A DNA stretch of 64,000 bases from Candidatus Eiseniibacteriota bacterium (GTDB lineage: Bacteria; Eisenbacteria; RBG-16-71-46; JABDJR01), in NCBI GenBank assembly GCA_963762255.1, contig CAVXKA010000001.1, positions 1,248,001 through 1,312,000 of the forward strand, given 5' to 3'. Shown here in pieces: positions 27,998-38,287 of this stretch (position 1 is the stretch's first letter; each line of letters begins with the position of its first letter). The notes under the pieces are model-generated. The model worked only from the letters and a program-made list of their open reading frames with translations, was not told where the DNA came from and did not search any database. Position numbers and translations under genes: made by a program.

Positions 27998-28210
27998 GGA
28001 CGTCTCCCTACGGATGGAATGAAACTGACAACATTCTACGCCTCCTGCCGGTCGGGCGCAACCGCTGCTTTCCTACCTCACTTATCGGAAATCATGTAGA
28101 AAACCTTGATCCACCCCCTAGAAGCCTAAACCCGGCCACCCCCGGAGACGATATTTGACACGGTCACGGCTGATGGACTCTGCCTTCCACTCGGGGGTCG
28201 CTGAACAGCT

Positions 28211-29866
28211 ATGGACAGTCTCCAACATGGCCTGAGTCGGACGCCTGTCGCGAGCGCCGGCATCTTCGCGCTGCTTCTTGCCGCCTGTGCCGCGCAGGAC
28301 TCGCCGCAGCCGGCGCCGGCGGGCCCCGTGCCGGGGCGCGGCGGCACGTTCCATCTGGCTCTCGAACCGGCCCACACCCTGGATCCGGCTCTCGTGGACG
28401 ACGCCTATGGATCGACGGTCGCGAATCAGGTCTTCGGCGGTCTCGTGCAATGGGACTCCGACCTGAACGTCCTTCCCGATGTCGCTCAATCCTGGACCGT
28501 GTCCCCCGACGGCCGGGAGTACCACTTCGAGCTTCGCCACAACGCCCGCTTTCACAACGGTCGCCAGGTCGTCGCCGAGGACTTCGTCTACTCCTTCACG
28601 CGGCTTCTCGATCCCCGGCAGGTGCCCCGCGGCATCATCCAGGACTACCTGACGCGCATCGAGGGGGTGGAGGACTTCAATTCAGGGCGCGCCGAGACCA
28701 TCCGCGGCCTCGAGGCTCCCGATCCATTCACCCTGGTCATCCGGCTCGCCCGGCCGTATTCGTCATTCCTCTCCGTGCTCGGCATGGACCAGGCGAAGGT
28801 GGTACCGCGCGAGGAGATCGAGCGGCTGGGAGCCGAGGAGTTCGGACGCCATCCGGTAGGGACCGGCCCCTTTCGCCTGGCGGAATGGAACCCGGAGACG
28901 AGAACCGTGCTGGTGGCTTACCTGGACTACTTCGGGACGCCGGCCTATCTCGATTCCGTGATCCTCCATCATGCGATCAGCGAGCAGCCCGCCCTGGTTC
29001 AGGCAGCGTTCCTCTCCGGAGGTCTGGACGGCATGATGGTGCGCGAGAACGAGCTGTCCGGGCTCATGAGGCGCCGGGAGTATCCCATCGTGCGCCGGCT
29101 CGAGCTGAGCCTTGAGTTCATGGGATTCTCGATGACGACCCCGCCTTTCGACGACGCGCGAGTGCGCAGGGCGGTGGCCATGGCGCTGGACAGGGAGGAC
29201 TTGGCCGGCGCGGTCGGACCGGGGTTCCATGTGCCGACCGGTCTGCTCCCCCCGGGGATCCAGGGATACTCGCCCGAATCCAAGATCCTGCCGGAGGATC
29301 TGGATGAAGCCCGCCGGTTGCTCGCCGAGGCCGGCTACGGCCCCGACCGGCCGCTGCGCTTCCAACTGCTCACCGCGAGCAGGACGCGACATTCGGAGGT
29401 GCGGGACAGCGTCATCGTGAACTCGCTCGGACGGATTCACGTCTTCCCCGAGCTGAGACGAGTCAGTTGGCTGGAGCTGAACGATGCGGTCAAGACACGT
29501 CAGGCGGCCGCATTTCAACTGAGCTGGATCGCCGACTTGCCCGACCCGGACAGCTTCCTCTTCACCCTTCTCGACACCCACGGCTACTACAACATCTTCA
29601 GCTACTCCAACGCACGGGTGGACTCGCTTCTGGAGGCGGGCGGGGACGAGGTCAACCAGGCCCAGCGGCTGCTCCTCTACCGGGAGGCCGAGCGCCTGGT
29701 CCTCGCCGACGTCCCGCTCGTTCCCATCCTGAACGTCATGACCCTATACGCGTTTCAACCTGACGTGCGCGGCGTGGAGATGGCCCCCTACGGCATCTGC
29801 AGCGTCCCCATGGAGAAGATCTGGATCGACGGCCGGCGCCGGGAGGGTATGTATGCGGGGCTTTAG
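28211..29866 (+). CDS. Family 5 (OppA/DppA-like) solute-binding lipoprotein
   Basis: Lipobox LLAA-C; PDVAQSWTVSPDG..Y.F.LR...FHNG, PVGTGPF, FDDARVRRAV, W.AD.PDPD. Confidence 0.9.
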   Translation: MDSLQHGLSRTPVASAGIFALLLAACAAQDSPQPAPAGPVPGRGGTFHLALEPAHTLDPALVDDAYGSTVANQVFGGLVQWDSDLNVLPDVAQSWTVSPDGREYHFELRHNARFHNGRQVVAEDFVYSFTRLLDPRQVPRGIIQDYLTRIEGVEDFNSGRAETIRGLEAPDPFTLVIRLARPYSSFLSVLGMDQAKVVPREEIERLGAEEFGRHPVGTGPFRLAEWNPETRTVLVAYLDYFGTPAYLDSVILHHAISEQPALVQAAFLSGGLDGMMVRENELSGLMRRREYPIVRRLELSLEFMGFSMTTPPFDDARVRRAVAMALDREDLAGAVGPGFHVPTGLLPPGIQGYSPESKILPEDLDEARRLLAEAGYGPDRPLRFQLLTASRTRHSEVRDSVIVNSLGRIHVFPELRRVSWLELNDAVKTRQAAAFQLSWIADLPDPDSFLFTLLDTHGYYNIFSYSNARVDSLLEAGGDEVNQAQRLLLYREAERLVLADVPLVPILNVMTLYAFQPDVRGVEMAPYGICSVPMEKIWIDGRRREGMYAGL

Positions 29867-32183
29867 GCGAATTAGCCGTCTGCGCATCGAGTTTCGAATG
29901 ATGACGTCGCTGGTGACGCTGGTCGCCATCGTCATTCTCCTGGTGGTCGTGCTTGTGGACTTCCGCCAGCGGGCCGTGATGATGAACCTCAACCAGGAGC
30001 GGGGGCTTGCCATAGGCAACAGCCTCGCCGCCGCCTCATCGAGCGCGTTGCTTTCCTACAACTACGTGGCCCTTCAGCAACTCACCCAGCGCGCCGCGCA
30101 GGAGGAAGGGCTGATCCACGTGATCGTTCTGGACAAGGAGCGCCGGGTCGCCGGCTACAGCAACCACCCCGAGTGGCAGGGGCGGGAGCTGTTCGACCCG
30201 GTCAGCCAGGCTGCGACCGGTCTGCTCGAGCCGCTCATCCAGACCGTTCCCCCGGAGATTCAGGGGGGAAATCGGAGTCTGGACATTGCGGTGCCGGTGT
30301 ACGTGGAGGGCTCGCCGAAACCTTGGGGGCTCGTGCGCGTCGCCATCTCCCTCGATCACATGTACGCGGAGCTGGCCAGCACCCGGCGCCTCGTTCTCGC
30401 CCTCGGGCTCGGCCTGCTCACGTTGGCCGCGCTGGCGGCACGCCTGCTCGCGCGCCGGATTACCGGTCCGTTGAACCGGCTCGTGGAGGCGACCGGGGAG
30501 CTGGCGAAGGGGAATTTCGACTATCGCGTGGAGCTGCACACCGGCGACGAGATCGAGGATCTCTCGAGGCAATTCGGCACCATGGCCCGCGAGATCTGCC
30601 AGAAACAGTCCGAAGTCGAAAGCACGAACCAGGAGCTCGCCACCCTCAACACGCGGCTGGAAGAGAAGGTTCTTGAACGCACGCGCGCGCTCACCGAGGC
30701 CGAGGAGAAGTACCGCCTCCTCGTCGAGCAGTCGCCCAACGCGATCTGCATCATCCAGCACGGCCGGCTGGTCTTCTTCAATCACGCTTTCCCCGAGACG
30801 TTCCGCTACACCCCGGAGGAGCTGAACGCCCCGGACTTCCGTCTGCTCAACCTGGTGGACCCCGAGCAGCACGACTTCATCCGGGATCTGATGGCGCGCT
30901 CCCCGAGCGACACCGACAGTTCGTCCTGCGAGATCCTCGGCCTGGACCAGCGCGGGAACCGCGTGTACCTCGACATGCACTACACGGCGATCTCCTATGA
31001 GGGCTCGCCGGCGATGGAAGCGATCCTTGTGGACGTCACGGAGCAACGACAACTCCAGGAGAAGATGGTCTCCAGCGAGCGGTTGCGGGCGCTCGGCGAG
31101 ATGGCGAGCGGCGTTGCCCACGACTTCAACAACGTGCTCGGCGCGATTCTCGCCCGGGCGCAACTGCTGGCCGGCCGTGTGCAAGACGCGGAGATCTTGC
31201 GCGGCCTTCGCATCATCGAGAAGGCGGCGCAGGACGGAGCGGCCACCGTCCAGCGCATACAGGAGTTCACCCGCCTGCGCACCGATCGCGATTTTCGGCC
31301 TGTGAGCTTGAACACGGTGCTCGAGGACGTGCTGGAGATGACGCGCGGTCGGTGGGCCGACGAGGCGCAACGGCAGGGGAAGCGAATCGACATCGCGCGC
31401 GCTTTCTCCCAAGTTCCCGACGTGGCGGGGAACATCTCGGAACTGCGGGAGGTGTTCACGAATCTCGTTCTGAACGCGGTGGATGCCATCCCCGGCGAGG
31501 GCCAGATCACGGTCTGCTCCTACGAGGAGGCCGGGTCGGTCGTCGTCACCGTGAGCGACACCGGCGAGGGGATGTCCGCCGAGGTCAAGCGCCGCCTCTT
31601 CGACCCCTTCTTCACCACAAAGGGAGAGAAGGGCAACGGACTGGGCATGAGCATCGTGTACGGCATCGTGCGCCGGCACGGCGGCGATATCACGTTCTTG
31701 AGCGAGCCCAACGAAGGAACCATGTTCCAGGTCACGCTCCCCGGGCTCGCCCTGAAGCACGCGGACGGCCCCGCGCCGGCCCCGGAGGCGCCGCTGACCG
31801 GCTGCGGGCGAGTGCTCGTGGTGGACGACGACGACGACATCCGCACGCTCGTGGCGGACATTCTCGCCGCCGGGGGTTACGACGTGGAGACGGCCGGCGG
31901 CGGAGCGGAAGCGGTGGACCGGGTGCGCGCGGAGGCGTTCGACTTGGTGGTGTCCGACCTCGGCATGCCCGACGTCACCGGCTGGGACGTGGCCCGGGAA
32001 AGCCGCGTCGCACAACCGGACCTGCGGTTCATCCTGCTCACCGGATGGGGCGCCACCCTCGATCCCGAGGAGGTTCGGCGGCACGCCATCGATCGGACCC
32101 TGAAGAAGCCCTTCGAGATGAACGATCTGCTACGCGCGGTGTCCGACGTCCTGCGGACGGTTGGGGAGAAGCGGGCCGCCTAG
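29853..32183 (+). CDS. Membrane hybrid histidine kinase (periplasmic sensor-HAMP-PAS-HisKA-HATPase-REC)
   Basis: Two TM segments, HAMP (ITGPLNRL..DEIEDL), ASGVAHDFNN, PFFTTK, GLGMS, receiver VLVVDDD...SDLGMP...KKPF. Confidence 0.92.
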   Translation: MRGFRRISRLRIEFRMMTSLVTLVAIVILLVVVLVDFRQRAVMMNLNQERGLAIGNSLAAASSSALLSYNYVALQQLTQRAAQEEGLIHVIVLDKERRVAGYSNHPEWQGRELFDPVSQAATGLLEPLIQTVPPEIQGGNRSLDIAVPVYVEGSPKPWGLVRVAISLDHMYAELASTRRLVLALGLGLLTLAALAARLLARRITGPLNRLVEATGELAKGNFDYRVELHTGDEIEDLSRQFGTMAREICQKQSEVESTNQELATLNTRLEEKVLERTRALTEAEEKYRLLVEQSPNAICIIQHGRLVFFNHAFPETFRYTPEELNAPDFRLLNLVDPEQHDFIRDLMARSPSDTDSSSCEILGLDQRGNRVYLDMHYTAISYEGSPAMEAILVDVTEQRQLQEKMVSSERLRALGEMASGVAHDFNNVLGAILARAQLLAGRVQDAEILRGLRIIEKAAQDGAATVQRIQEFTRLRTDRDFRPVSLNTVLEDVLEMTRGRWADEAQRQGKRIDIARAFSQVPDVAGNISELREVFTNLVLNAVDAIPGEGQITVCSYEEAGSVVVTVSDTGEGMSAEVKRRLFDPFFTTKGEKGNGLGMSIVYGIVRRHGGDITFLSEPNEGTMFQVTLPGLALKHADGPAPAPEAPLTGCGRVLVVDDDDDIRTLVADILAAGGYDVETAGGGAEAVDRVRAEAFDLVVSDLGMPDVTGWDVARESRVAQPDLRFILLTGWGATLDPEEVRRHAIDRTLKKPFEMNDLLRAVSDVLRTVGEKRAA

Positions 32184-32926
32184 TCGGCCTGGTTCTCGTC
32201 GTCCACGAACTTGTAGCCGACCTTGTGGATGGTGCGGATGTAGCGGCTGCGGTCGCGGCTGCCCTCTATCTTCCGCCTCAGGTTCGCGATGTGGGTGTCC
32301 ACGGTGCGGCTCGTGGGAAGCTCCTCGGACTCCCGCCCCCACACCTCGTCCAGGAGTTGCTCGCGGGTCACGGTCTCGCCCCGCCGCTCGATGAGCAGGC
32401 GCAACACCTCGAACTCCTTGTAGGAAAGCGCGACTTCCTTGCCCTTCTTACGGCATTCTCGGCGGTGGAAACCGACCTCGACGTCGCCGAACCGGTAGGT
32501 CTCGACGGCCTCGCGCTCAGGCTGTGAACGGCGAAGGACGGCGTGAATGCGGGCGAGAAGCTCGCGGATCGAGAAGGGCTTGGTCACGTAGTCGTCGGCG
32601 CCGAGGTCGAATCCTCGAACCTTGTCCCCCTCCAGACCCTTGGCGGTGAGAAGGATCACCGGCAGTTCGCGGGTCTCCAGCCGGATGGCGCGGAGCACGT
32701 CGAAGCCGCTCATCTCCGGCAGCATGATGTCGAGAAGGATGAGATCGGGGCGTTCCCGCCGCCAGGCATCGATGCCGGCGCGGCCGGTGGCGGCCGTTCG
32801 GACGGTGAATCCCTCGTAGGTCAGATTGTGCTCCAGCCCCAACAGCATGTCCGGCTCGTCCTCGACGATGAGGATCTTCGCGGAGACCTGCGGGGCCGAG
32901 GAATCGGGATTGCTCACGGCAGTCAC
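32180..32926 (-). CDS. OmpR/PhoB-family response regulator
   Basis: ILIVEDE, LLDIMLP, GADDYVTKPF, RTVDTHIANLRRK, TIHKVGYKF. Confidence 0.93.
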   Translation of the reverse strand: MTAVSNPDSSAPQVSAKILIVEDEPDMLLGLEHNLTYEGFTVRTAATGRAGIDAWRRERPDLILLDIMLPEMSGFDVLRAIRLETRELPVILLTAKGLEGDKVRGFDLGADDYVTKPFSIRELLARIHAVLRRSQPEREAVETYRFGDVEVGFHRRECRKKGKEVALSYKEFEVLRLLIERRGETVTREQLLDEVWGRESEELPTSRTVDTHIANLRRKIEGSRDRSRYIRTIHKVGYKFVDDENQAD

Positions 32927-34569
32927 CCTCCGGTTGGTGAGTCGCTCGCGCCGCGGCTCTCGGGCGCCTCCTCCAGGGGGAGGAAGATGGTGAATCGGCT
33001 GCCCTGCCCCGGGTGGCTGTCGACGACGATGTGGCCGCCGTGACCGTCCACGATGTGCTTCACCAGCGCGAGCCCCAGTCCTGACCCCTTCACATCGTGG
33101 ACGAGCCCCTTCTCCACCCGGTAGAACTTCTCGAAGATATTAGCCTGTTCCCTGGCCGGAATGCCCACGCCGTGATCCTCGACGACGATCAGGGCCTCGG
33201 TGCCCTTGCGCGCCAGCTCCACGTGGAGGTACTTCGTCGCCCCCGAGTACTTGATCGCGTTGTCCATGAGGTTGAGGATGGCCTGAGTCAGGGCCGCGCC
33301 GTCCGCTCTCACCGGGGGGAGATTCTCCTCGACGCGCGACTCCACCGTGAAGCCCTGCTGCTCGAGCTGGTACTGGTAGGCGGTCAGGGTCTCGCGAACG
33401 ATGGCCGCGAGATCGACCGGCTCCAACCGGTAGGACTTCTTCCCCTGTTCGATCCGGGAGAGATCGAGCACGTTGTTGATGAGGTGGGTGAGGCGATCGC
33501 TCTCCTTGTGGATGACGCGCAGGAACTCCTTCTGCTTCTCCGGCTCGGCCACTCTTCCCATTTCCAGCGTCTCGGAAAAGAGCCGGATGAGGGCGAGCGG
33601 GGTCTTGAGTTCGTGGGAGACGTTGCTCACGAACGTCGATTTGAGCTCGGAGAGCTCCATCTCGTGCAGGATGAAGCGCAGGGCGAAGAAGGCGGCGGTC
33701 AGGATGACCAGGAACGTCACCGCAATGATGGCGAGGTTGGCGGTCACCACGTTGCGCACCCAGGCGTCGAAACGGTCGTCGCTCAGCCGGATCGCCACCT
33801 CGTAGAACGGAAGGACGCGCGAGAACGCGCGGCGGGCGATGAAGCGCGAAGGCGCATCCGGTACCGTGCTGTAGAACGGCTCGCCTCGCTCGTCGAGGAG
33901 CGCGATCGCCACCGGCGAACGGAAGAACGCCCCGGGGAAGATGTCCGGGTTGGCTTCGAGCCGGTGAATGAGCACGCGATCCAGGAACGCGCGGTCCTGC
34001 TTCACGTAGTCCAGATCCCACACGAACCCGGCGGCGCCCAGGAGCTCGCCCGCGTTCGAGTGCACGGTGAAGTAGGTGATCTGGACGGGGACGAGCGAGT
34101 CGGGGGCGGAGATGTGAACAAGCGGACTCGGCATGCGGCCGGCGCCGGTGAGGTCCGTGACGATGGCGGACAGCGCCCATTCGGGCAGCGGCCCGAATCC
34201 CTCGTTGTGGCCCTCCGAATCCTGGGAGTAGAAGACGAGGCCGACCGGGCTCACGAAGAAGACCTGCCGGTAGATCCGGTTGCGCTTCTGGAAGTCGTCC
34301 AGGAACGAAACGACCTCGCCCGGGCTTTCCGGCGGATCGAGCCGCGCCGCCACCATGTTCACCTGTTCTCGTTCCCAGAAGGTGTTCTCGACCGCGGTGG
34401 CGGCGATGCGGGCGAGGTAGTTGCCGTAGTCGGAGCGCACCCCGCGCGTGATCTCGGTGAAGTCCATCACCAGCTTCACCCCGAGGAGGCTCAGGAGGAG
34501 CGCGGGGAGGATGAGCCCCACCGCCACCAGAACGAGCAGCGTGCGTTTGCCCGGCCGCTTCACCGCCAT
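32923..34569 (-). CDS. Membrane sensor histidine kinase
   Basis: Two TM helices; FVSNVSHELKTPL, NLMDNAIKYS, FEKFYR, GSGLGL. Confidence 0.92.
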   Translation of the reverse strand: MAVKRPGKRTLLVLVAVGLILPALLLSLLGVKLVMDFTEITRGVRSDYGNYLARIAATAVENTFWEREQVNMVAARLDPPESPGEVVSFLDDFQKRNRIYRQVFFVSPVGLVFYSQDSEGHNEGFGPLPEWALSAIVTDLTGAGRMPSPLVHISAPDSLVPVQITYFTVHSNAGELLGAAGFVWDLDYVKQDRAFLDRVLIHRLEANPDIFPGAFFRSPVAIALLDERGEPFYSTVPDAPSRFIARRAFSRVLPFYEVAIRLSDDRFDAWVRNVVTANLAIIAVTFLVILTAAFFALRFILHEMELSELKSTFVSNVSHELKTPLALIRLFSETLEMGRVAEPEKQKEFLRVIHKESDRLTHLINNVLDLSRIEQGKKSYRLEPVDLAAIVRETLTAYQYQLEQQGFTVESRVEENLPPVRADGAALTQAILNLMDNAIKYSGATKYLHVELARKGTEALIVVEDHGVGIPAREQANIFEKFYRVEKGLVHDVKGSGLGLALVKHIVDGHGGHIVVDSHPGQGSRFTIFLPLEEAPESRGASDSPTGG

Positions 34570-34593
34570 CGCTTGACGTTTCCTCCGTCCGGA

Positions 34594-35142
34594 TCAGAAG
34601 CGGACGAGCAGATTATCGCGAACCGCATCGGACGCTTCCTTCTTGAGCCGGTCCACCGGAATCTTGCCGGTGGAGGTGAGGATGGCGAAGACTCCCTGGA
34701 CGCCGGTGGAGATTTCGAGATGCACCGCTCCGCTTCCCTGCATGGCATGCCCGCAACCCTGGCCGAGGTGCTGGCGCAGGTCGCGGTCCGTGCGGAGCGC
34801 CGCCTCCAGCTCCCGGCGTTCGTAGGCGAATCGAATGAGCTGCTCGATGACCGCGGGGTTGTCAGAAAAGTAGTAGTAGATGACGCCGTTCTCGAGCGCG
34901 CCGACTTCCTGGCGCGCTTGCAGGAAGATGGAGCCGTCGATTTCCCAGAGATCGCACACCGGGCAGCCGGGCACGTACGGCTTGAGGCCGTGGCGGGCGT
35001 CGGGCTGCGCGAGGACGGGCGCGCCGGGCCGGACGGCGGGGACCGCGGGCCGGTCCTGACCCGGGGCGGTGGGGGAGAGCGCGAGGATGCCCACCAAGAC
35101 CGGCAACCAGACCTGGACGCGGCCTCTCCTCGGCATGAACAT
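34594..35142 (-). CDS. Hypothetical exported protein with CxxC
   Basis: Signal-like N-terminus and GCPVC. First gene of the HK-RR unit, 24 nt from the kinase start. Confidence 0.55.
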   Translation of the reverse strand: MFMPRRGRVQVWLPVLVGILALSPTAPGQDRPAVPAVRPGAPVLAQPDARHGLKPYVPGCPVCDLWEIDGSIFLQARQEVGALENGVIYYYFSDNPAVIEQLIRFAYERRELEAALRTDRDLRQHLGQGCGHAMQGSGAVHLEISTGVQGVFAILTSTGKIPVDRLKKEASDAVRDNLLVRF

Positions 35143-35299
35143 GCTGAGCCTGACCTCCCCTCGGAGAGCGCGGCTTCCGCACCTCCGCTGTTCGGTCCAT
35201 AATGGTACGCGCTTCGGGCGGTCCTGGCGCGGGGACTAACATTTCGCGCTGGCGCGCCGAAGTCAATACCTTGCAGGATGCTCACGGGGAGATCAGTGG

Positions 35300-37093
35300 A
35301 TGTACGAAGCCCATTTCGGGTTGCGGGAGAATCCGTTCAGTTCCAGCCCGTCGCCTGAGTTTATCTACCAGAGCGGGGAGCACCGCGAGGCGCTGGCGCA
35401 CTTCCAGTACGCCATCACCAACCGTGAGCCCTTCGTCCTGCTCACCGGCGAGGTGGGGACCGGCAAGACCACGGCGATCCATGCTCTGCGCCGGCTGCTT
35501 CCGACGGGAGCCGCGGTGGCGCTCGTCGCGCATACGACCCTGGAGCCGCGGGAGCTGATCGAGGAGATCGCGTTACGGTTCGGGCTCGATCCTCAGCCCG
35601 GCGAGAGCAAGCCCGCTCTCATGCACCGTCTCGAAGCGTTCCTCGAGGAGCGCGGCCGCGCCGGCGTCCAGGCGCTCCTCGTCTTCGACGAAGCCCACCT
35701 GATGTCGGTGGCCCTTCTCGAGGAAGTGCGGCTCCTCTCCAATCTCGAGGGCCCTCGAGGGGGAAAGCTGCTCCAGATCTGCCTGGTCGGACAGCCGGAG
35801 TTGGAGCGGCACCTCCAGAGCCCCGACCTCCGCCAGTTGCGGCAGCGTATCAGCGTGCGGTACTCGCTTCACCCGCTGAACCGCCCCGACACGGGGGCCT
35901 ACATCCATCACCGGCTGCGTGCGGCGGGTTGCGCGCAACCCGAGGCCGTGTTTCCGGACGACGCGGTCGGCGCGGTGCACAGCCTCAGCCAGGGAATCCC
36001 GCGCGAGATCAACGTACTCGCCGGGCAGGCGCTGCTCAACGCGTTTCTCGAGGACGCGCACTCCGTGGCGCGCGCGCATGTCTACTCCGCGAAATCGGAC
36101 TACGGATTCCAGGGCATCGTGACCGGAGCCGCCGCGTTGAGTCCGGAGATGCCGGCGCCACCGGTGCCTCGGCGGGTGCCCGGCGGGGAGACAACGGCGC
36201 CGCCGAGCGCGCCGCTTCCGCCCCGCAGGCCGATACCGCTTCCTCCGACTTCTTTGCGCCCCCCGGCTCGGGAGCACCGTCCGTCCGCGCCGGTCACCGC
36301 GGAACCCTCCGCCCCGAGGCCCGCGCGAGTCACTGTCCCGGCGTCGGACCGGTCCCGCATCTCCTTCTCCGCCGACCGAACCGGCGGCGGGCATCGCCGC
36401 GCGTGGATTCTCTCCGCCGCGTTCGTCGCCATCATCGTGATGGGAGTCGCCTTCGTCCTCCGCAGCCGCACCCCTGTGACCGACGACATGACCCTCGACT
36501 CCACCGCGCCCCTCAGTTCGACGGGAGGGATGGTCCGCAACGAGCCGACCCCCTCTGGCGGTGCGACCCCGGGCGAACCGACCCCCTCTGGCGGTGCGAC
36601 CCCGGGCGATGCGACGAATGCGAGCTCACCTGCGAATCAGGAGTCCACGGCCGCCGGGATCGCCAACCCGCCGGCGGATCCGATCGCCGAACCGGCGTCG
36701 ACTCCGGCTACAAATCCCTCGACGATCCCGGCAACCGACTCGGGGTCGCCTCCTCCGGTGGCGGCCACCGCGGGGCCGACGGCCGTCGCCCCGCCTCCCG
36801 CGGAAGGCATGTCGGAGCGCGTGTCCATCCAGGTGGCTTCCTTCAAGACGCGTCGCCGCGCCGAGGAAGTGCTCGCCGCGGTGACCGCGCGAACCGGCCT
36901 CCCGGGCGCGGTGCTCGCGACCGATGTGAACGGGGTGGTGTGGCAGCGCATCCTGCTAGGATCCTTTCTGAACGAAGCCGAGGCCAGGGAGGCGGCCGAG
37001 CCGCTCCTTCGGGACCGCACCATCTCCACGGTGGTCGTGCGCCCGATCCCGATCGCCTGGGCGACCCGGCTCTCCGGGGCGACGGAACCGTAA
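35300..37093 (+). CDS. ExeA/GspA-like AAA ATPase with TM helix and C-terminal SPOR domain
   Basis: MYEAHFGLRENPF, LTGEVGTGKTT, FDEAH, LVGQPEL, QGIPREIN; TM; SIQVASFKT...RILLGSF (SPOR). Confidence 0.9.
   Translation: MYEAHFGLRENPFSSSPSPEFIYQSGEHREALAHFQYAITNREPFVLLTGEVGTGKTTAIHALRRLLPTGAAVALVAHTTLEPRELIEEIALRFGLDPQPGESKPALMHRLEAFLEERGRAGVQALLVFDEAHLMSVALLEEVRLLSNLEGPRGGKLLQICLVGQPELERHLQSPDLRQLRQRISVRYSLHPLNRPDTGAYIHHRLRAAGCAQPEAVFPDDAVGAVHSLSQGIPREINVLAGQALLNAFLEDAHSVARAHVYSAKSDYGFQGIVTGAAALSPEMPAPPVPRRVPGGETTAPPSAPLPPRRPIPLPPTSLRPPAREHRPSAPVTAEPSAPRPARVTVPASDRSRISFSADRTGGGHRRAWILSAAFVAIIVMGVAFVLRSRTPVTDDMTLDSTAPLSSTGGMVRNEPTPSGGATPGEPTPSGGATPGDATNASSPANQESTAAGIANPPADPIAEPASTPATNPSTIPATDSGSPPPVAATAGPTAVAPPPAEGMSERVSIQVASFKTRRRAEEVLAAVTARTGLPGAVLATDVNGVVWQRILLGSFLNEAEAREAAEPLLRDRTISTVVVRPIPIAWATRLSGATEP
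36542..36607 (+). repeat. In-frame 33-bp tandem duplication (EPTPSGGATPG x2)
   Basis: GA(G/A)CCGACCCCCTCTGGCGGTGCGACCCCGGGC twice in the linker. Confidence 0.9.
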
Positions 37094-37147
37094 TCGCACG
37101 GCCCCGGCCGGGGCCCGCGTTGACAGTCCCGCATCGAGGGGTTTCTA

Positions 37148-38269
37148 ATGCTGCGTCTCATGACGAGTCTCTGCCATTCGCGGCCTTTTCTGGCCGTCAT
37201 CCTCGCCTCGGCCGCCGCGGGACTTCTGGCTCTCGGATGCGGTCGGCAGGGGGGGGATTCCAAGGTCAAGGTCGCTCAGGAAACCCCCTCCTACCCGGAC
37301 ACGCTCCGGGTGCCGGGTGAGGGGCACCTGCGGAACATCCGCCAGCTCACTTTCGGCGGGGAAAACGCCGAGGCGTACTTCTCCCCGAATGGACAGGAGC
37401 TGGTCTTGCAGCGAACCCACCCGCCCTACGAATGCGACCAGATCTTTCGGTTGTCGGTGGACGGAGGGGAACCGGTCCTGGTGAGCAACGGTCGGGGGCG
37501 GACGACCTGCTCCTATTTCATGCCGGACGGCGCGTCGATCCTCTACGCCTCAACGTTCGTCGGCTCGCCCGATTGCCCGCCCCGCCCGGATTACAGCCAG
37601 GGCTATGTCTGGGCGATCTACCCTGATTTCGACATCTTCGTGCGGACCGCCGGCGACAGCCTGATCCGGCTCACCGACACCCCGGGTTACGACGCGGAGG
37701 CGACAGTCAGCCCGCGCGGCGACCGCATCGTCTTCACCTCGATGCGCGGCGGGGATCTCGACATCTACACGATGAACCTGGACGGGAGCGGGGTGAAGCG
37801 GCTGACGCAGAAGTTGGGGTACGACGGGGGTCCGTTCTTCTCGCCGGACGGAAGCGAGATCGTCTACCGGGCCGCCTATCCCCAGACCGAGGAGGACAAG
37901 GCCGACTACACGCGGTTGCTCGGCCAGAACCTGATCCGGCCGAGCCGGCTCAGCCTCTACGTGATGAAGTCGGACGGTTCCGATCCCCAACTCGTGCTCG
38001 AGAACGACGCGGCGAACTTCGCGCCGTACTTCTTCCCCGACGGGTGCCGCATCATCTTCAGCTCCAACATGGACGACCCCAAGGGGCGCAACTTCGATCT
38101 CTACATGATCAACAAGGACGGCAGCGAGCTGGAGCGGATCACCTTCAATGAGTCGTTCGACGGGTTTCCCATGTTCTCGCCCGACGGCCGCCGGCTCGTG
38201 TTTGCCTCCAACCGGAACAACGTGAACCCCGAGGACACCAACATCTTCATCGCCGATTGGGTGGAATAG
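37148..38269 (+). CDS. TolB-like PD40 beta-propeller lipoprotein
   Basis: Lipobox LALG-C; GENAEAYFSP, GYDAEAT.SP, GYDGGPFFSPDG, FDGFPMFSPDG repeats. Confidence 0.88.
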   Translation: MLRLMTSLCHSRPFLAVILASAAAGLLALGCGRQGGDSKVKVAQETPSYPDTLRVPGEGHLRNIRQLTFGGENAEAYFSPNGQELVLQRTHPPYECDQIFRLSVDGGEPVLVSNGRGRTTCSYFMPDGASILYASTFVGSPDCPPRPDYSQGYVWAIYPDFDIFVRTAGDSLIRLTDTPGYDAEATVSPRGDRIVFTSMRGGDLDIYTMNLDGSGVKRLTQKLGYDGGPFFSPDGSEIVYRAAYPQTEEDKADYTRLLGQNLIRPSRLSLYVMKSDGSDPQLVLENDAANFAPYFFPDGCRIIFSSNMDDPKGRNFDLYMINKDGSELERITFNESFDGFPMFSPDGRRLVFASNRNNVNPEDTNIFIADWVE

Positions 38270-38287
38270 ACACAGAAAGGATCTGTC

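Noticed and set aside
36542-36607. 33-bp repeat as a CRISPR or mobile repeat
   Set aside because: Two adjacent in-frame copies without a spacer, in a Pro/Thr-rich linker. No cas genes or arrays in the window.
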